DNA of 64,000 nt from Candidatus Magasanikbacteria bacterium RIFCSPHIGHO2_01_FULL_41_23 (GTDB taxonomy: Bacteria; Patescibacteriota; Patescibacteriia; Magasanikbacterales; UBA922): NCBI GenBank assembly GCA_001782805.1, contig MFPT01000002.1:69401-133400 (forward strand), written 5' to 3'. Made by a program: the position numbers and the translations under genes. The notes beneath the pieces are model-generated. The model did not search any database. It saw only the letters and a list, made by a program, of their open reading frames with translations, and was not told the DNA's origin. Numbering within the stretch: position 1 is the stretch's first letter; each line of letters opens with the position of its first letter. Shown here one piece after another: positions 19,602 through 29,050 of this stretch.

Positions 19602-19841
19602 TCAAAGATTCTTTAAAAAATTCTCTAATAACTCTTCTCCGCCCATTTTTTTTAATTCTTTCAAAATTGCTTTTTGACAATGAATCACATTGTGGCGCGG
19701 GACAGTAATAAAAGGAGGATTACTGTTCAAAATTGGACTTAAAAATTTATCATGAGAGCCCGAAGAATTTTTATTTAAAATAAAACCGATTCGAGTAAGT
19801 GCTCGAATACATTGCAGACGATTAAAATTATTCCCTCCCAT
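19602..19841 (-). CDS. hicA: HicA family toxin (type II TA mRNA interferase)
   Basis: SGSHDKF...ITVPRHNVIHCQKAILKELKKMG matches the HicA/YcfA signature (GSHxxF...TVPxH..K...GTL..ILKQ). Confidence 0.65.
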   Translation of the reverse strand: MGGNNFNRLQCIRALTRIGFILNKNSSGSHDKFLSPILNSNPPFITVPRHNVIHCQKAILKELKKMGGEELLENFLKNL

Positions 19842-19862
19842 AACCCCTCCTTAATAATTAGA

Positions 19863-20147
19863 TTAGACGGTATTACAAATTAAACGTGAAGAACTTTCAA
19901 ATTTTGATTCTATGTGATTATTTGGAACATCAAAATAAGTTAAGAGAGCATCTTCAATCATATAAAGGAGTTCCTGTTTATCTTTCCCCTCTGTTATAAG
20001 TCCGGGCAAATCAGTCGATGTGGCAACAAACCAGCCCTCAGGTGTTTTTTCAATTTGAAATAAGAAAAATTCAGGTAATTTATAATTAACTGATTTCTCA
20101 ATCGCTTCTTTTATATTTTTTAAATTGAAATTAATTTGTAACAACAT
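19863..20147 (-). CDS. hicB: HicB family antitoxin (UPF0150 N-terminal domain)
   Basis: GWFVATSTDLPGLITEGKDKQELLYMIEDAL matches the HicB motif DLPGCxTQGxTxEEAxxN. Immediately upstream of hicA on the same strand. Confidence 0.6.
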   Translation of the reverse strand: MLLQINFNLKNIKEAIEKSVNYKLPEFFLFQIEKTPEGWFVATSTDLPGLITEGKDKQELLYMIEDALLTYFDVPNNHIESKFESSSRLICNTV

Positions 20148-20235
20148 ATATTTTTATACTATCAGAAAAAAATATCATTGTCAAAAATATCTGTGAAAAA
20201 TTAGTTTAAACCAACTTTATTCTATTTCTATTTAA

Positions 20236-21057
20236 TTATCCTCCAGCCTTAATAACTTCAGTACTTGTTAGGACAGACCATCCTTCACCATTTTTATATG
20301 CAACACCTAATCTAGTTATTATGTATTCGGGTTGAGGACCACCTGCTGTGGTTCCGGCTATTTGCATCCAGACTCTCCGATATTCCGCATTTAAATTTTG
20401 GAGGTCAGAACTACGTATAGTACGTCTATCTGGTTTTAAGAAATAATCAATTTCGTCACAGAGGAGATTGCGATCAGCCTCACTAAGACTCCCGACATTT
20501 GTACCTGAAACTACAGTTGTAAAACCTTCCATACCATCACCATCCTCTGTAGGATTCGGAGATCTAGCAATTAAGGCTCTATCAATTCTATAATTACTGC
20601 GTGCACCCATTTTATAAAGACGATCAAGTAATACTTGGAATCTTTCCCAAAGCTGCTTTGTTTCCTCAGATGTTGGATAATCTACAGTAATTGTTTTTAT
20701 TAACTGATCAGCTATTAACCTTAACTTTTCAGGAGTAATTTCATATAATTTATCATTTTGAAGTTGACCTAATATGGTTTTGACAATTCCCGCAGGAGAA
20801 GGATCTAACTTTTCTACAGATGCTTCTTGTGCGACAGGAATTTCTTCAGCTGTTGATGTATTATCTGTTGAACCAGACAACTCCTCTGTGTGTCTTTTAC
20901 CATATTTTTCATAAATCATGTCAGCCAATGCCAACTGGATTACTCCTATCTGTCTAGGGGTGTCTGTATCTCTAAAACCCCGTTCAAGATCCTCAAATCG
21001 GATCTCAGCGATTTCCTTAGGAGGAAAATCTATCATACGTCTTTCGGCCATATACAT
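20236..21057 (-). CDS. hypothetical protein with atypical composition
   Basis: 273-aa ORF with no recognisable motif. More balanced base composition than its neighbours. A G9 tract lies about 35 nt upstream of the start. Confidence 0.45.
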   Translation of the reverse strand: MYMAERRMIDFPPKEIAEIRFEDLERGFRDTDTPRQIGVIQLALADMIYEKYGKRHTEELSGSTDNTSTAEEIPVAQEASVEKLDPSPAGIVKTILGQLQNDKLYEITPEKLRLIADQLIKTITVDYPTSEETKQLWERFQVLLDRLYKMGARSNYRIDRALIARSPNPTEDGDGMEGFTTVVSGTNVGSLSEADRNLLCDEIDYFLKPDRRTIRSSDLQNLNAEYRRVWMQIAGTTAGGPQPEYIITRLGVAYKNGEGWSVLTSTEVIKAGG

Positions 21058-21087
21058 AAATAATAAATAAATTACTTATTAAGTATG

Positions 21088-21096
21088 CCCCCCCCC
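21088..21096 (-). promoter_or_regulatory. homopolymeric G9 tract (C9 on the + strand) about 35 nt upstream of the hypothetical gene 20236..21057
   Basis: Directly visible as ccccccccc at 21088-21096. Confidence 0.6.
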
Positions 21097-21113
21097 ACTT
21101 GCTTCTGTCAAAT

Positions 21114-21587
21114 TTAGGTTTTATTCTTTTTAAGCAATCCCATGGCCACTCCTGCTTCCCCCCAAAAATACCCATGGTTATTTTCTCCCACAGAACGATC
21201 AATGGCTTGTTTTTCAATCTGACAAGTAAGCACGCCAAAAATTACAGGCACTCCTGTTTCAAGTCCAAGACGCATTATTCCTTGACTCACGGCTTGAGCG
21301 ATATATTCATCATGCCGTGTTTCGCCTTTTATTAAACAACCAAGAACAATTACCACGTCAACTCTCTTTTCTTTAATAATTTTCTGCGCACTAAAAGGCA
21401 ATTCAAATGAGCCGGGAACTTCCAAAACAAAAATATTTTTCTTGTTCACTCCGGCATTGGACAATGATTTCAAACAGCCGGCCAACAAATTATCCGTTAT
21501 ACTATTGTTCCACTGTGCTTTTACAATTCCAATTCTTAATTTATTGCCGTTCAATTTTTTATGTTCGATTATTTTTTTTGAGATCAT
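21114..21587 (-). CDS. ribH: 6,7-dimethyl-8-ribityllumazine synthase
   Basis: Conserved lumazine synthase blocks (GIVKAQWN, VPGSFELP, GCLIKGET, HGYFW). Confidence 0.9.
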   Translation of the reverse strand: MISKKIIEHKKLNGNKLRIGIVKAQWNNSITDNLLAGCLKSLSNAGVNKKNIFVLEVPGSFELPFSAQKIIKEKRVDVVIVLGCLIKGETRHDEYIAQAVSQGIMRLGLETGVPVIFGVLTCQIEKQAIDRSVGENNHGYFWGEAGVAMGLLKKNKT

Positions 21588-21625
21588 ATTATTTTTTTAA
21601 TTTAAATCGTAATTAATTTCGTTTT

Positions 21626-21812
21626 TCCTAAGTCTTAATCAAACTCCTTTTTCTAAGTCTTAATCAAACTTCACTGATCCTCTTTTTTTCAACTGATAGT
21701 CTAACGGATTATGCATTCTCAACAAGTTAGTATACTCAGCTTTCAGAAAAAGAGGATTCAGTTCCAGTTTGATTATTAGTATATTGGATGTTTCGCTGTT
21801 GCATATGTTGAA
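21626..21812 (-). repeat. MITE-like repeat, copy B (intact, about 28-bp terminal inverted repeats), upstream of ribH
   Basis: 21657-21778 is nearly identical to 55747-55862. TIRs are taatcaaacttcactgatcctcttttt / aaaaagaggattcagttccagtttgatta. The left end carries an 18-bp tandem duplication. Confidence 0.75.
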
Positions 21813-21830
21813 TTAAATAAACAGTGCGTT

Positions 21831-21935
21831 GATTAAAATAAAAATGGAACGGATGTAGCTTTTTTGAGTCCGTCCCGGTCGGGCGGATCTCAGAAAAAGA
21901 TACGCAGTGAATTTTTATTTTAATTTCCTGACGTG
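21831..21935. repeat. about 100-nt long-hairpin repeat element (copy 1), between ribE and MITE copy B
   Basis: Ends taaaataaaaatgga ... gaatttttattttaatttcct are inverted repeats. Internal gctttttt / aaaaagata arms. Homologous to 50090-50190. Confidence 0.65.
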
Positions 21936-21947
21936 TTTATCGAATCG

Positions 21948-22535
21948 TTATTTCTTTAAAAACTTTTCAACATATTTCCCGATCACATCAACCTCCACAT
22001 TCACCAATTGCCCAACCGCAATATTTTTCCATGTTGTCCGTGCCATTGTTTCTTTAATCAAAGAAACTGTTACCAAATTCCCTTGCAATCGCGCCACAGT
22101 TAAACTAATTCCATCGAAAGTAATCGATCCATGAAGAATAACATATTTTTTTAATTTTGCCGGCAATTTAACGCCAACTAAAGTGGTTTTACCATCAAAT
22201 TCAACAAATACCACCGATGCAAGCGCATCAACATGACCTTGAACCATATGTCCGCCCAGCCGATCGCCCACGCGCAAAGCTAATTCCAAATTAAAATGAT
22301 CATTTTTTTTAAGCTTTACCAAAGTAGTCTTACGCTTTGTCTCCGGCATCACTTCAAACATCAAGTCGAACTTTAATTTCTTAACCAAAGTCAGGCAGAC
22401 GCCGCTGATAGAAACACTATCGCCCACTCTAATATGTCCAATCTTATTTTTTGGTTTAAGGCTAATATACGCACGCTCTTTTTTCTCAATTAAGCCAGTT
22501 ACAAGACCAACGGTTTGTACAATTCCCGTAAACAT
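21948..22535 (-). CDS. ribE: riboflavin synthase alpha subunit
   Basis: MFTGIVQ start, two lumazine-binding repeats (GDSVSISGVCLT / HGSITFDGISLT). The internal ATG at 22535 is the preferred start. Confidence 0.85.
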   Translation of the reverse strand: MFTGIVQTVGLVTGLIEKKERAYISLKPKNKIGHIRVGDSVSISGVCLTLVKKLKFDLMFEVMPETKRKTTLVKLKKNDHFNLELALRVGDRLGGHMVQGHVDALASVVFVEFDGKTTLVGVKLPAKLKKYVILHGSITFDGISLTVARLQGNLVTVSLIKETMARTTWKNIAVGQLVNVEVDVIGKYVEKFLKK

Positions 22536-22536
22536 A

Positions 22537-22902
22537 TTATTTTTTTCGTGCTGTTCGTTCGGCAAAAAATTCATTGACCAAACGGACATCAATCGCAATT
22601 TTTTCTTTTAACTCATCGACTGAATCATAGTGCTCTAACTGGCTCACTTTTTGAATAGGCGAAACACGAATCTCTTCACCATAAAAATCCGGTCCCGTAT
22701 AATTAATAAAATAAACCTCAACCTTCCACGGATTATCATTAATTACGAGAGCACCATAATAAACTGAATCCCGCAATACCGCTTCGGCCGCATACACGCC
22801 AACGGCAAATTTTACCTCTGTCGGATGAACATTAAGATTGGCCGTAGGATAACCCAGACCTCTGCCAAATCCATCACCCTGAACTACAATCCCGCGCAAC
22901 AT
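22537..22902 (-). CDS. riboflavin kinase (stand-alone RibF C-terminal domain)
   Basis: GFGRGLGYPTANL motif of the riboflavin kinase domain; 121 aa. Confidence 0.75.
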   Translation of the reverse strand: MLRGIVVQGDGFGRGLGYPTANLNVHPTEVKFAVGVYAAEAVLRDSVYYGALVINDNPWKVEVYFINYTGPDFYGEEIRVSPIQKVSQLEHYDSVDELKEKIAIDVRLVNEFFAERTARKK

Positions 22903-22903
22903 A

Positions 22904-24169
22904 TTATTTATTAAGTTTTTCCAGAGCCGCTTTTAAACCCTTGTCGATAAACGCATCAGACGAAGACGCAGTCATGCCCGGTTTTTGTTCAAACATTTTT
23001 TCAATGATCGTGTCCGGCTCAATTCCCTTGCCGTCAATTTCACGATTCAGCGGAGTCAGCCACTTGGCAATGGTTAACTTAAGAGCGGAGCCATCGGGCA
23101 ATGGTTCCACATCTTGCACCGAACCTTTGCCAAAAGTTTTTTTGCCCAATAATGTCGCGACTTTATAATCTTGCAATGCTCCGGCCACAATTTCCGCGGC
23201 CGAAGCCGTGCCTTCATCAACCAAGATTATCGTGGGAATAGCGCCGAATACATATGGACCACTCGTGCGAATATCACGCATTTGGGCATCGGAAGAACGT
23301 TCACGCAAAACTACTTTGTTGTCCAACCAAGCGCTAGCCACATAGACTGATTGATCCAAAATTCCGCCCGGATTACTCCGCAAATCCAAGACAATTCCCT
23401 GTGGTCGATTAAGCGTTCGGCGAATATCGCGCACCACGGCATCAAATTCCTGACTGGTTTTATCATTAAAATAACCAATCCGAATATAGGCGATATTCTT
23501 TTCTTCTTGTTTCCACGTCACACTAGGAACAATAATTGCCGCTCGCACAACAGAAACATCGTGCGTTTGTTTCGCTCCACTCGACAAAATAGTTAATTTA
23601 ACACTACTGGCTTTTGGGCCACGAATTTTCCCCACTGCTTCGCTCAGCGACAAGCCAAATGTTTCTTTATCATCAATCGCCACAATTACATCTTGCGGTT
23701 TTATTCCCGCGCGTTCAGCGGGCGAACCGGGAATTGGAGCAACCACAATAATTTGATCTTTTTGCATGCCGACTTCCATCCCCACACCTTCAAATTCACC
23801 GGACAATTCTTTCACAAATTCTTCGGCTTTAACCGGAGGAAAATACATTGAATACGGATCACCCAATCCGTTAACCATGCCTTGAATCGACGCGTAAAAA
23901 ATTTTTACATCGTCAACCGGCTGACCAACATATTTTTTCTTAATTTTATTCCAAACATCCCAATATTGATCAAAACTAACTTGAGGCGAACGAGTCCGAC
24001 TATAAAGATCAATCACGCGACTAATTTCCACTTTTTGACCGCTTCCCGTAATTTGCTCGCGCACTAAGCGTGATGTTCCTAACCACCAACCAGCCACAAA
24101 ACCAACCACAATAAGACAAAAAGTTTTTATATAGCGAGACAGGGCAGTCGTATTAGAATGAGATAACAT
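22904..24169 (-). CDS. ctpA: C-terminal processing peptidase (S41 family)
   Basis: PDZ domain plus the S41 catalytic region LDLRSNPGG; N-terminal TM anchor. Confidence 0.85.
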   Translation of the reverse strand: MLSHSNTTALSRYIKTFCLIVVGFVAGWWLGTSRLVREQITGSGQKVEISRVIDLYSRTRSPQVSFDQYWDVWNKIKKKYVGQPVDDVKIFYASIQGMVNGLGDPYSMYFPPVKAEEFVKELSGEFEGVGMEVGMQKDQIIVVAPIPGSPAERAGIKPQDVIVAIDDKETFGLSLSEAVGKIRGPKASSVKLTILSSGAKQTHDVSVVRAAIIVPSVTWKQEEKNIAYIRIGYFNDKTSQEFDAVVRDIRRTLNRPQGIVLDLRSNPGGILDQSVYVASAWLDNKVVLRERSSDAQMRDIRTSGPYVFGAIPTIILVDEGTASAAEIVAGALQDYKVATLLGKKTFGKGSVQDVEPLPDGSALKLTIAKWLTPLNREIDGKGIEPDTIIEKMFEQKPGMTASSSDAFIDKGLKAALEKLNK

Positions 24170-24170
24170 A

Positions 24171-25457
24171 TTATGATTGTGAACGAATTATTTTGGCTCC
24201 AAGACTCTGTAAAGTGGTTTCAATCATTGGATATCCGCGATCAATGTGCTCGACTGCTTCTACAGTAGTATTCCCATGAGCGATGAGGCCGGCCGCCACA
24301 TGAGCCATGCCTGCCCGCAAATCAGGGGCAAATAATTTTCCACCACGCAAAATGCTTGATCCATTCACAATCACGCGATGCGGATCGGCAATCACAATAT
24401 TCGCGCCCAGACCATTTAAATAATCCGCAAAAAACATTCTGCCCGGATACATTTTTTCAAAAAACAACATTGAACCTTTTACTTGAGTGGCGAGTACGAT
24501 CATCAAACTCATCATATCACTGGGAAAACAGGGCCATGGTTGGGAATAAATTCCTTTGGTTCTTGCCCAAACCGGATCAGTAATTTTTTTAGTTTGTCGA
24601 CTAGGCACAATTAAAACATTCTCTTGAAAATGCCAACGCGCGCCCAGCTTACCAAAAAAATATTCAAACGGTTTTATATCGGCCGCTGACACATTGCGAA
24701 TTTTAAGTTCTCCGCCCGTTATAATCGCGAGTACGATCATAGTTCCGATATAAATAAAATCCGGCGGCGTTGTTACCGTGGTGCCGGCTATTTTTTTTAC
24801 TCCTTCAATTATAAGTCTATTGGTTCCCGCCCCTTGAATTTTTGCACCCATTGAATTTAACATTTCCGCCAGTGCTCGGACATGCGGTTCAGCCGCCGCA
24901 TTATCCACCGTGGTTGTGCCCGACGTCAAAACCGCGGCCAGCATAACATTTTCTGTTGCCGTTACACTAGGTTCATACAAAAAAACCGATTGCCCGCGCA
25001 ATCGTCCTTTAAGGCAAAAAATATCGTCTGACAGAAAAGAAATATGAGCGCCGAGTTGGGATAAACCATCAAAATGCGCGTTCATTTCCCGCGGACCGAT
25101 TTTATCTCCGCCCGGTAAAGTGCTGGTGACTGTTCCAAAGCGCGCTAACAATGGCCCCAAAAGCGTATTGCTTGCCCGCAGTTTTTTCGCCAGTTCAGAT
25201 TTAATTACTGTTTTTTTAACACTAGCCGCGTTAATTTCCAATATTTTATTTTTTTTATCATGAATAACAGTCGCGCCCAAATCCTGTAAAATTTCCGCCA
25301 TAACCAAAACATCACTGATTGCCGGAACATTATTAATGATTACGGTTTCAGTGGTCAAGAGCGCAGCCGCCATCATTTTTAAGACTGCGTTTTTATTGCC
25401 GATTGGTTCGATTTCTCCATTGAGCGGTTGTCCGCCTTCAATCACGAATTTTGCCAT
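24171..25457 (-). CDS. murA: UDP-N-acetylglucosamine 1-carboxyvinyltransferase
   Basis: Full-length EPSP-synthase-fold MurA. Start at MAKFVIEGG (internal ATG). Confidence 0.9.
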   Translation of the reverse strand: MAKFVIEGGQPLNGEIEPIGNKNAVLKMMAAALLTTETVIINNVPAISDVLVMAEILQDLGATVIHDKKNKILEINAASVKKTVIKSELAKKLRASNTLLGPLLARFGTVTSTLPGGDKIGPREMNAHFDGLSQLGAHISFLSDDIFCLKGRLRGQSVFLYEPSVTATENVMLAAVLTSGTTTVDNAAAEPHVRALAEMLNSMGAKIQGAGTNRLIIEGVKKIAGTTVTTPPDFIYIGTMIVLAIITGGELKIRNVSAADIKPFEYFFGKLGARWHFQENVLIVPSRQTKKITDPVWARTKGIYSQPWPCFPSDMMSLMIVLATQVKGSMLFFEKMYPGRMFFADYLNGLGANIVIADPHRVIVNGSSILRGGKLFAPDLRAGMAHVAAGLIAHGNTTVEAVEHIDRGYPMIETTLQSLGAKIIRSQS

Positions 25458-25520
25458 AGTGTGGACAGATACAAATAATCTAGTATAATCATACTGCATT
25501 TATCCTCATTTGGCAATTGT

Positions 25521-26849
25521 ATGAAAACCCGTTCAAACGATCCGCTAATAACGCATCTAACCCAGTTTAAAAGACGTTTTATCATGATTTGTTTAATCAC
25601 TGTTTTTTTTGTTTTGTCACCCATGATTATTATGTACACGGCCGGCCTGCGCTTTAATTTTCAAACCAAAAAGCTAGAATCAACCGGAGCTTTAAATATT
25701 GATATAGAGCCCAAAAATGCTGATATATTGATAAATGATATTCGAATTACCCAAAGTATGCCGATCCGTCTAACCAGTTTAGTGCCCGGCACTTATCGAG
25801 TGAGCATCAGCCAAACGGGATTTCATTCATTAAAGAAAGATTTTTCCGTTCATTCGGGTGAAACAACGTATCTTAAAGATACTAATTTATTTAAAGTAAC
25901 TGAGCCGCAAAAAATCGCGAGACTTGATAATCCAATTACTAAGCTGTGGTTGAATGACTCGACAATTCCATTGATATACGGCTACTACAATGTGAGTAGC
26001 ACCCAATTCATGTTCAAAATATCCGGATCAGATTATTCGGAAACACCGTTGGCGTCTGAGGCAAATTTTTCTTGTTCGGCCAGCAAACGATATTGTGCCA
26101 TATTTACAAAAGCAGAAAATACCTTGACCATAATTGATACGCTTAATTCCGCCAATCAGCGTATAGTTACTGTGGCATCCAGTTCAAATCAGTTATTATG
26201 GAATCATTTTTACAAAAGTCCGCTTTTGTTTATTGGAACGAACAAAAAAATTACTCAACTGAATTCCAATTATTCTCTGACTGAACTAGCCGCACGTAAT
26301 GCTTCGATATGGTTTGTCGCGGATAATCAAACAGCCTGGATTTATAGTAGCGGAACAATTCAAAATCTGAACGATCCCAAACAAAACTTTAGTTTTAGCC
26401 ATAATCAATCATTAGAAGAAATTATTGATATCAGGAATGATTTTGCTTTGTTAAAAACAAGCAAAGATATTTTTTTGATTAAAAATCCGGGACAAACCAA
26501 TCAGACAGAAAAAAATATCGGAGCCGGAAAATGGGAGTATCATGCCCCAACCAAGGAATGGCGTCTGGTTTCGCCATGGGAAATTACGAGCATCTACAAC
26601 AATGGCGCGAGTACGGTTTTGTATCGAAGCGACTCAACAATTCAGTCAGCGCATTCATTGGACAAAAATGGCTTAATTTTAATTGTGGCGAATAATAAAT
26701 TAATTGCTTTTAATCCGGGCTATTATCTTAGTCAGGAATTGGCGGAATTTGAAACGATTGAAGCAGTTGATACTGACGAAAATGAGCGAATAATCGCCGT
26801 TGCCGGCACTTGGCGAGGTGAACGCGGGATATATACACTAGCGTATTAA
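25521..26849 (+). CDS. membrane-anchored hypothetical protein (possible PEGA-like domain)
   Basis: N-terminal TM helix. The rest of the 442-aa ORF has no clear family. Confidence 0.4.
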   Translation: MKTRSNDPLITHLTQFKRRFIMICLITVFFVLSPMIIMYTAGLRFNFQTKKLESTGALNIDIEPKNADILINDIRITQSMPIRLTSLVPGTYRVSISQTGFHSLKKDFSVHSGETTYLKDTNLFKVTEPQKIARLDNPITKLWLNDSTIPLIYGYYNVSSTQFMFKISGSDYSETPLASEANFSCSASKRYCAIFTKAENTLTIIDTLNSANQRIVTVASSSNQLLWNHFYKSPLLFIGTNKKITQLNSNYSLTELAARNASIWFVADNQTAWIYSSGTIQNLNDPKQNFSFSHNQSLEEIIDIRNDFALLKTSKDIFLIKNPGQTNQTEKNIGAGKWEYHAPTKEWRLVSPWEITSIYNNGASTVLYRSDSTIQSAHSLDKNGLILIVANNKLIAFNPGYYLSQELAEFETIEAVDTDENERIIAVAGTWRGERGIYTLAY

Positions 26850-27926
26850 TTATAATTCCACGATGGATTTGTCGCCCAAAATTAGCATGCTTGCTTCAGT
26901 CGCGCGCCGACGAATAGTGACTTTTTTACCAATTAAGCTGTGGGAAATATTTTCTTCACAATCAATGGCGCAATTGTCAAGGACAATGCTTTTGGTAATT
27001 TGGATGCCACTAAGCTCAGTCCCTTGCCCGACTGTTACGTAGGGACCAATTGTGCAATTTTCCAATACACAATTTTCACCAATAATAACCGGACCAATTA
27101 AGCGTACGCGATCGCCAACACGCGCGCCAATGCCAATGTGCACCACGCCCGAAATTTCGGCTGATCCAACTAATTCATCCGGCAATTCCCGTGATTCAAT
27201 TTTATCCAAAAGCAGTTGATTAACCAGCAGAAGATCTTCGTGCTTACCTGTATCTTTCCACCATCCGGTAATTTCTTTATGTCCAACACGACGACCGTCT
27301 TTCAAAAATAAAGAATGAATACTGGAAATTTCGTATTCGCCACGCGCGCTCTTGGTAATTTTATTGAATGCCTCAAAAAATAATTTTGGACCATATAAAT
27401 AAATTCCCGTAACCGCAAAATTATTCGGCGGATTGGCTGGTTTTTCATGCACATCAATCAGTTTTCCGGCCGAGTCAAAAATCGGCACACCAAAACGTTC
27501 CGGATCCGATACTTGTGACAGCGCGAGCAAACAATCAAAATCACCGCGATTAAATTCTTCCACCAATGGCTTTAAACTGCCCAATAAAATATTATCGGAC
27601 AAATAAAATAAAAAGGGTTCATCGCCAATAAATTGTTTGGCTTCGTTCACGACATGCGCAATTCCTTGCGGACCGCCCTTTTGTTCAAAAAATTTTATGC
27701 TAATCCCCCAATGCCCGCCATCACCGATATATTGCTCAAGTTCGGTTTCACCGGGATTCACATTAATAAAAATTTCTGTAATGCCGGCTTCGACCACTTT
27801 ATCAATGGCATGAAAAATCATGGGTTTATTTGCCAATGGCAAAAGATGTTTGTTAATGGTGGTTGTTATGGGATAGAGACGTGTCGCGCGACCACCTCCG
27901 GTTAAAATTGCTTTGCGTATTTTCAT
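26850..27926 (-). CDS. rmlA: glucose-1-phosphate thymidylyltransferase-like sugar nucleotidyltransferase (long form with LbH domain)
   Basis: AILTGGGRATRLYPIT nucleotidyltransferase motif and a C-terminal left-handed beta-helix hexapeptide region. Confidence 0.75.
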   Translation of the reverse strand: MKIRKAILTGGGRATRLYPITTTINKHLLPLANKPMIFHAIDKVVEAGITEIFINVNPGETELEQYIGDGGHWGISIKFFEQKGGPQGIAHVVNEAKQFIGDEPFLFYLSDNILLGSLKPLVEEFNRGDFDCLLALSQVSDPERFGVPIFDSAGKLIDVHEKPANPPNNFAVTGIYLYGPKLFFEAFNKITKSARGEYEISSIHSLFLKDGRRVGHKEITGWWKDTGKHEDLLLVNQLLLDKIESRELPDELVGSAEISGVVHIGIGARVGDRVRLIGPVIIGENCVLENCTIGPYVTVGQGTELSGIQITKSIVLDNCAIDCEENISHSLIGKKVTIRRRATEASMLILGDKSIVEL

Positions 27927-27949
27927 ATTATTGTACGAGCGATAAACTT

Positions 27950-29044
27950 TTACCACCAAATTAAAGTTTTAACAATCAGCCAATAATACGCCGTCATAAT
28001 AGGATTGCCAACATAATTGACGATTGGATTATCAGTCGATTTGTCTTGAAAATAAATTCCCGATGTGGCCAAATTAAGCAAATCACGATCGCGAATTTTC
28101 CGCATTGCCTGGATATGAGTGCGTTTCTTGAACCACAATTGCCAGCTCGATTTTTTAAGCCAATACGCATACACTTTTTTGCGCTCGTTCCACCAACCGC
28201 CTTTAAGGGCAAATAAAACTAATCCTAATTCAAGAATTAAAGCCATGGGCAACAGTAAAATTAAAGTTGGCCAACGAAAAAACATGAGCATGGTTCCATA
28301 ACGATTGCGTTCCATCCAAAAAAACTTGGAGATACTTCGGCTGAATTGATATTTATGATAAAAAACCGAATCGCGAACCAAGACTATTTTGTACCCAACC
28401 ATACGTAAACGAAATGACCATTCCAAATCTTCGTGATACATCCAAAAATCTTCATCCCACATCCCATACTGACGAATAGTAGCGGTACGAATAAGAAGGG
28501 CTGCTCCGCTCGCGTACGCGATTAATTTTTGCGGCGGCAAATTCAAATCTTTTAACTTATGCCGATATTCATTGCAAAAACCAAAACCCAAATAATGAAA
28601 CGCATTGCCCATACTATTAACCAACTCAGTTTCCGGATGCAAAAGCATGAGAGATTGCGCCGCGCCAATTTTGGGATTATTTTCCATTACTTGGACGATC
28701 GGCTCCAAACAATTGGCGGCCATAAAGCCGTCATTGTTATGGAAATACACATAATCAAAACCATTGTCCAAAGCCCAACGCGCACCCACATTATTGCCGG
28801 AACCAAAACCAAAATTTTCTTTTTGAGCTAAAAGTGTAACATGAGGAATTTCCCCGCCGGAAAGTGGGAAAATATTTTCTTCAATATATTTGACTGACGG
28901 CCCAAACTCCGGATGCGGATTGTCAACAATCACAAACTCCACTCGATCATGCGGATAGGTTAATTTTTTCAAGGATGAAACCACATCATCAATATATGGC
29001 TCGCAATGAAAAGATAAATAAATGATCGCGATTTTTGGTTGCAT
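27950..29044 (-). CDS. glycosyltransferase family 2
   Basis: N-terminal GT-A fold with IVDN and DxD motifs. C-terminal TM segments. Confidence 0.7.
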   Translation of the reverse strand: MQPKIAIIYLSFHCEPYIDDVVSSLKKLTYPHDRVEFVIVDNPHPEFGPSVKYIEENIFPLSGGEIPHVTLLAQKENFGFGSGNNVGARWALDNGFDYVYFHNNDGFMAANCLEPIVQVMENNPKIGAAQSLMLLHPETELVNSMGNAFHYLGFGFCNEYRHKLKDLNLPPQKLIAYASGAALLIRTATIRQYGMWDEDFWMYHEDLEWSFRLRMVGYKIVLVRDSVFYHKYQFSRSISKFFWMERNRYGTMLMFFRWPTLILLLPMALILELGLVLFALKGGWWNERKKVYAYWLKKSSWQLWFKKRTHIQAMRKIRDRDLLNLATSGIYFQDKSTDNPIVNYVGNPIMTAYYWLIVKTLIWW

Positions 29045-29050
29045 ATAAAA

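Noticed and set aside
21689-21744. tRNA-like or riboswitch-like appearance of the MITE core (agtctaacgg resembles a tRNA D-loop; the location between rib genes suggested an FMN riboswitch)
   Set aside because: No acceptor or T-arm (GTTCxAxxC) complementarity, and none of the conserved FMN-aptamer blocks. The near-identity between copies fits a mobile DNA repeat rather than independent RNA genes.
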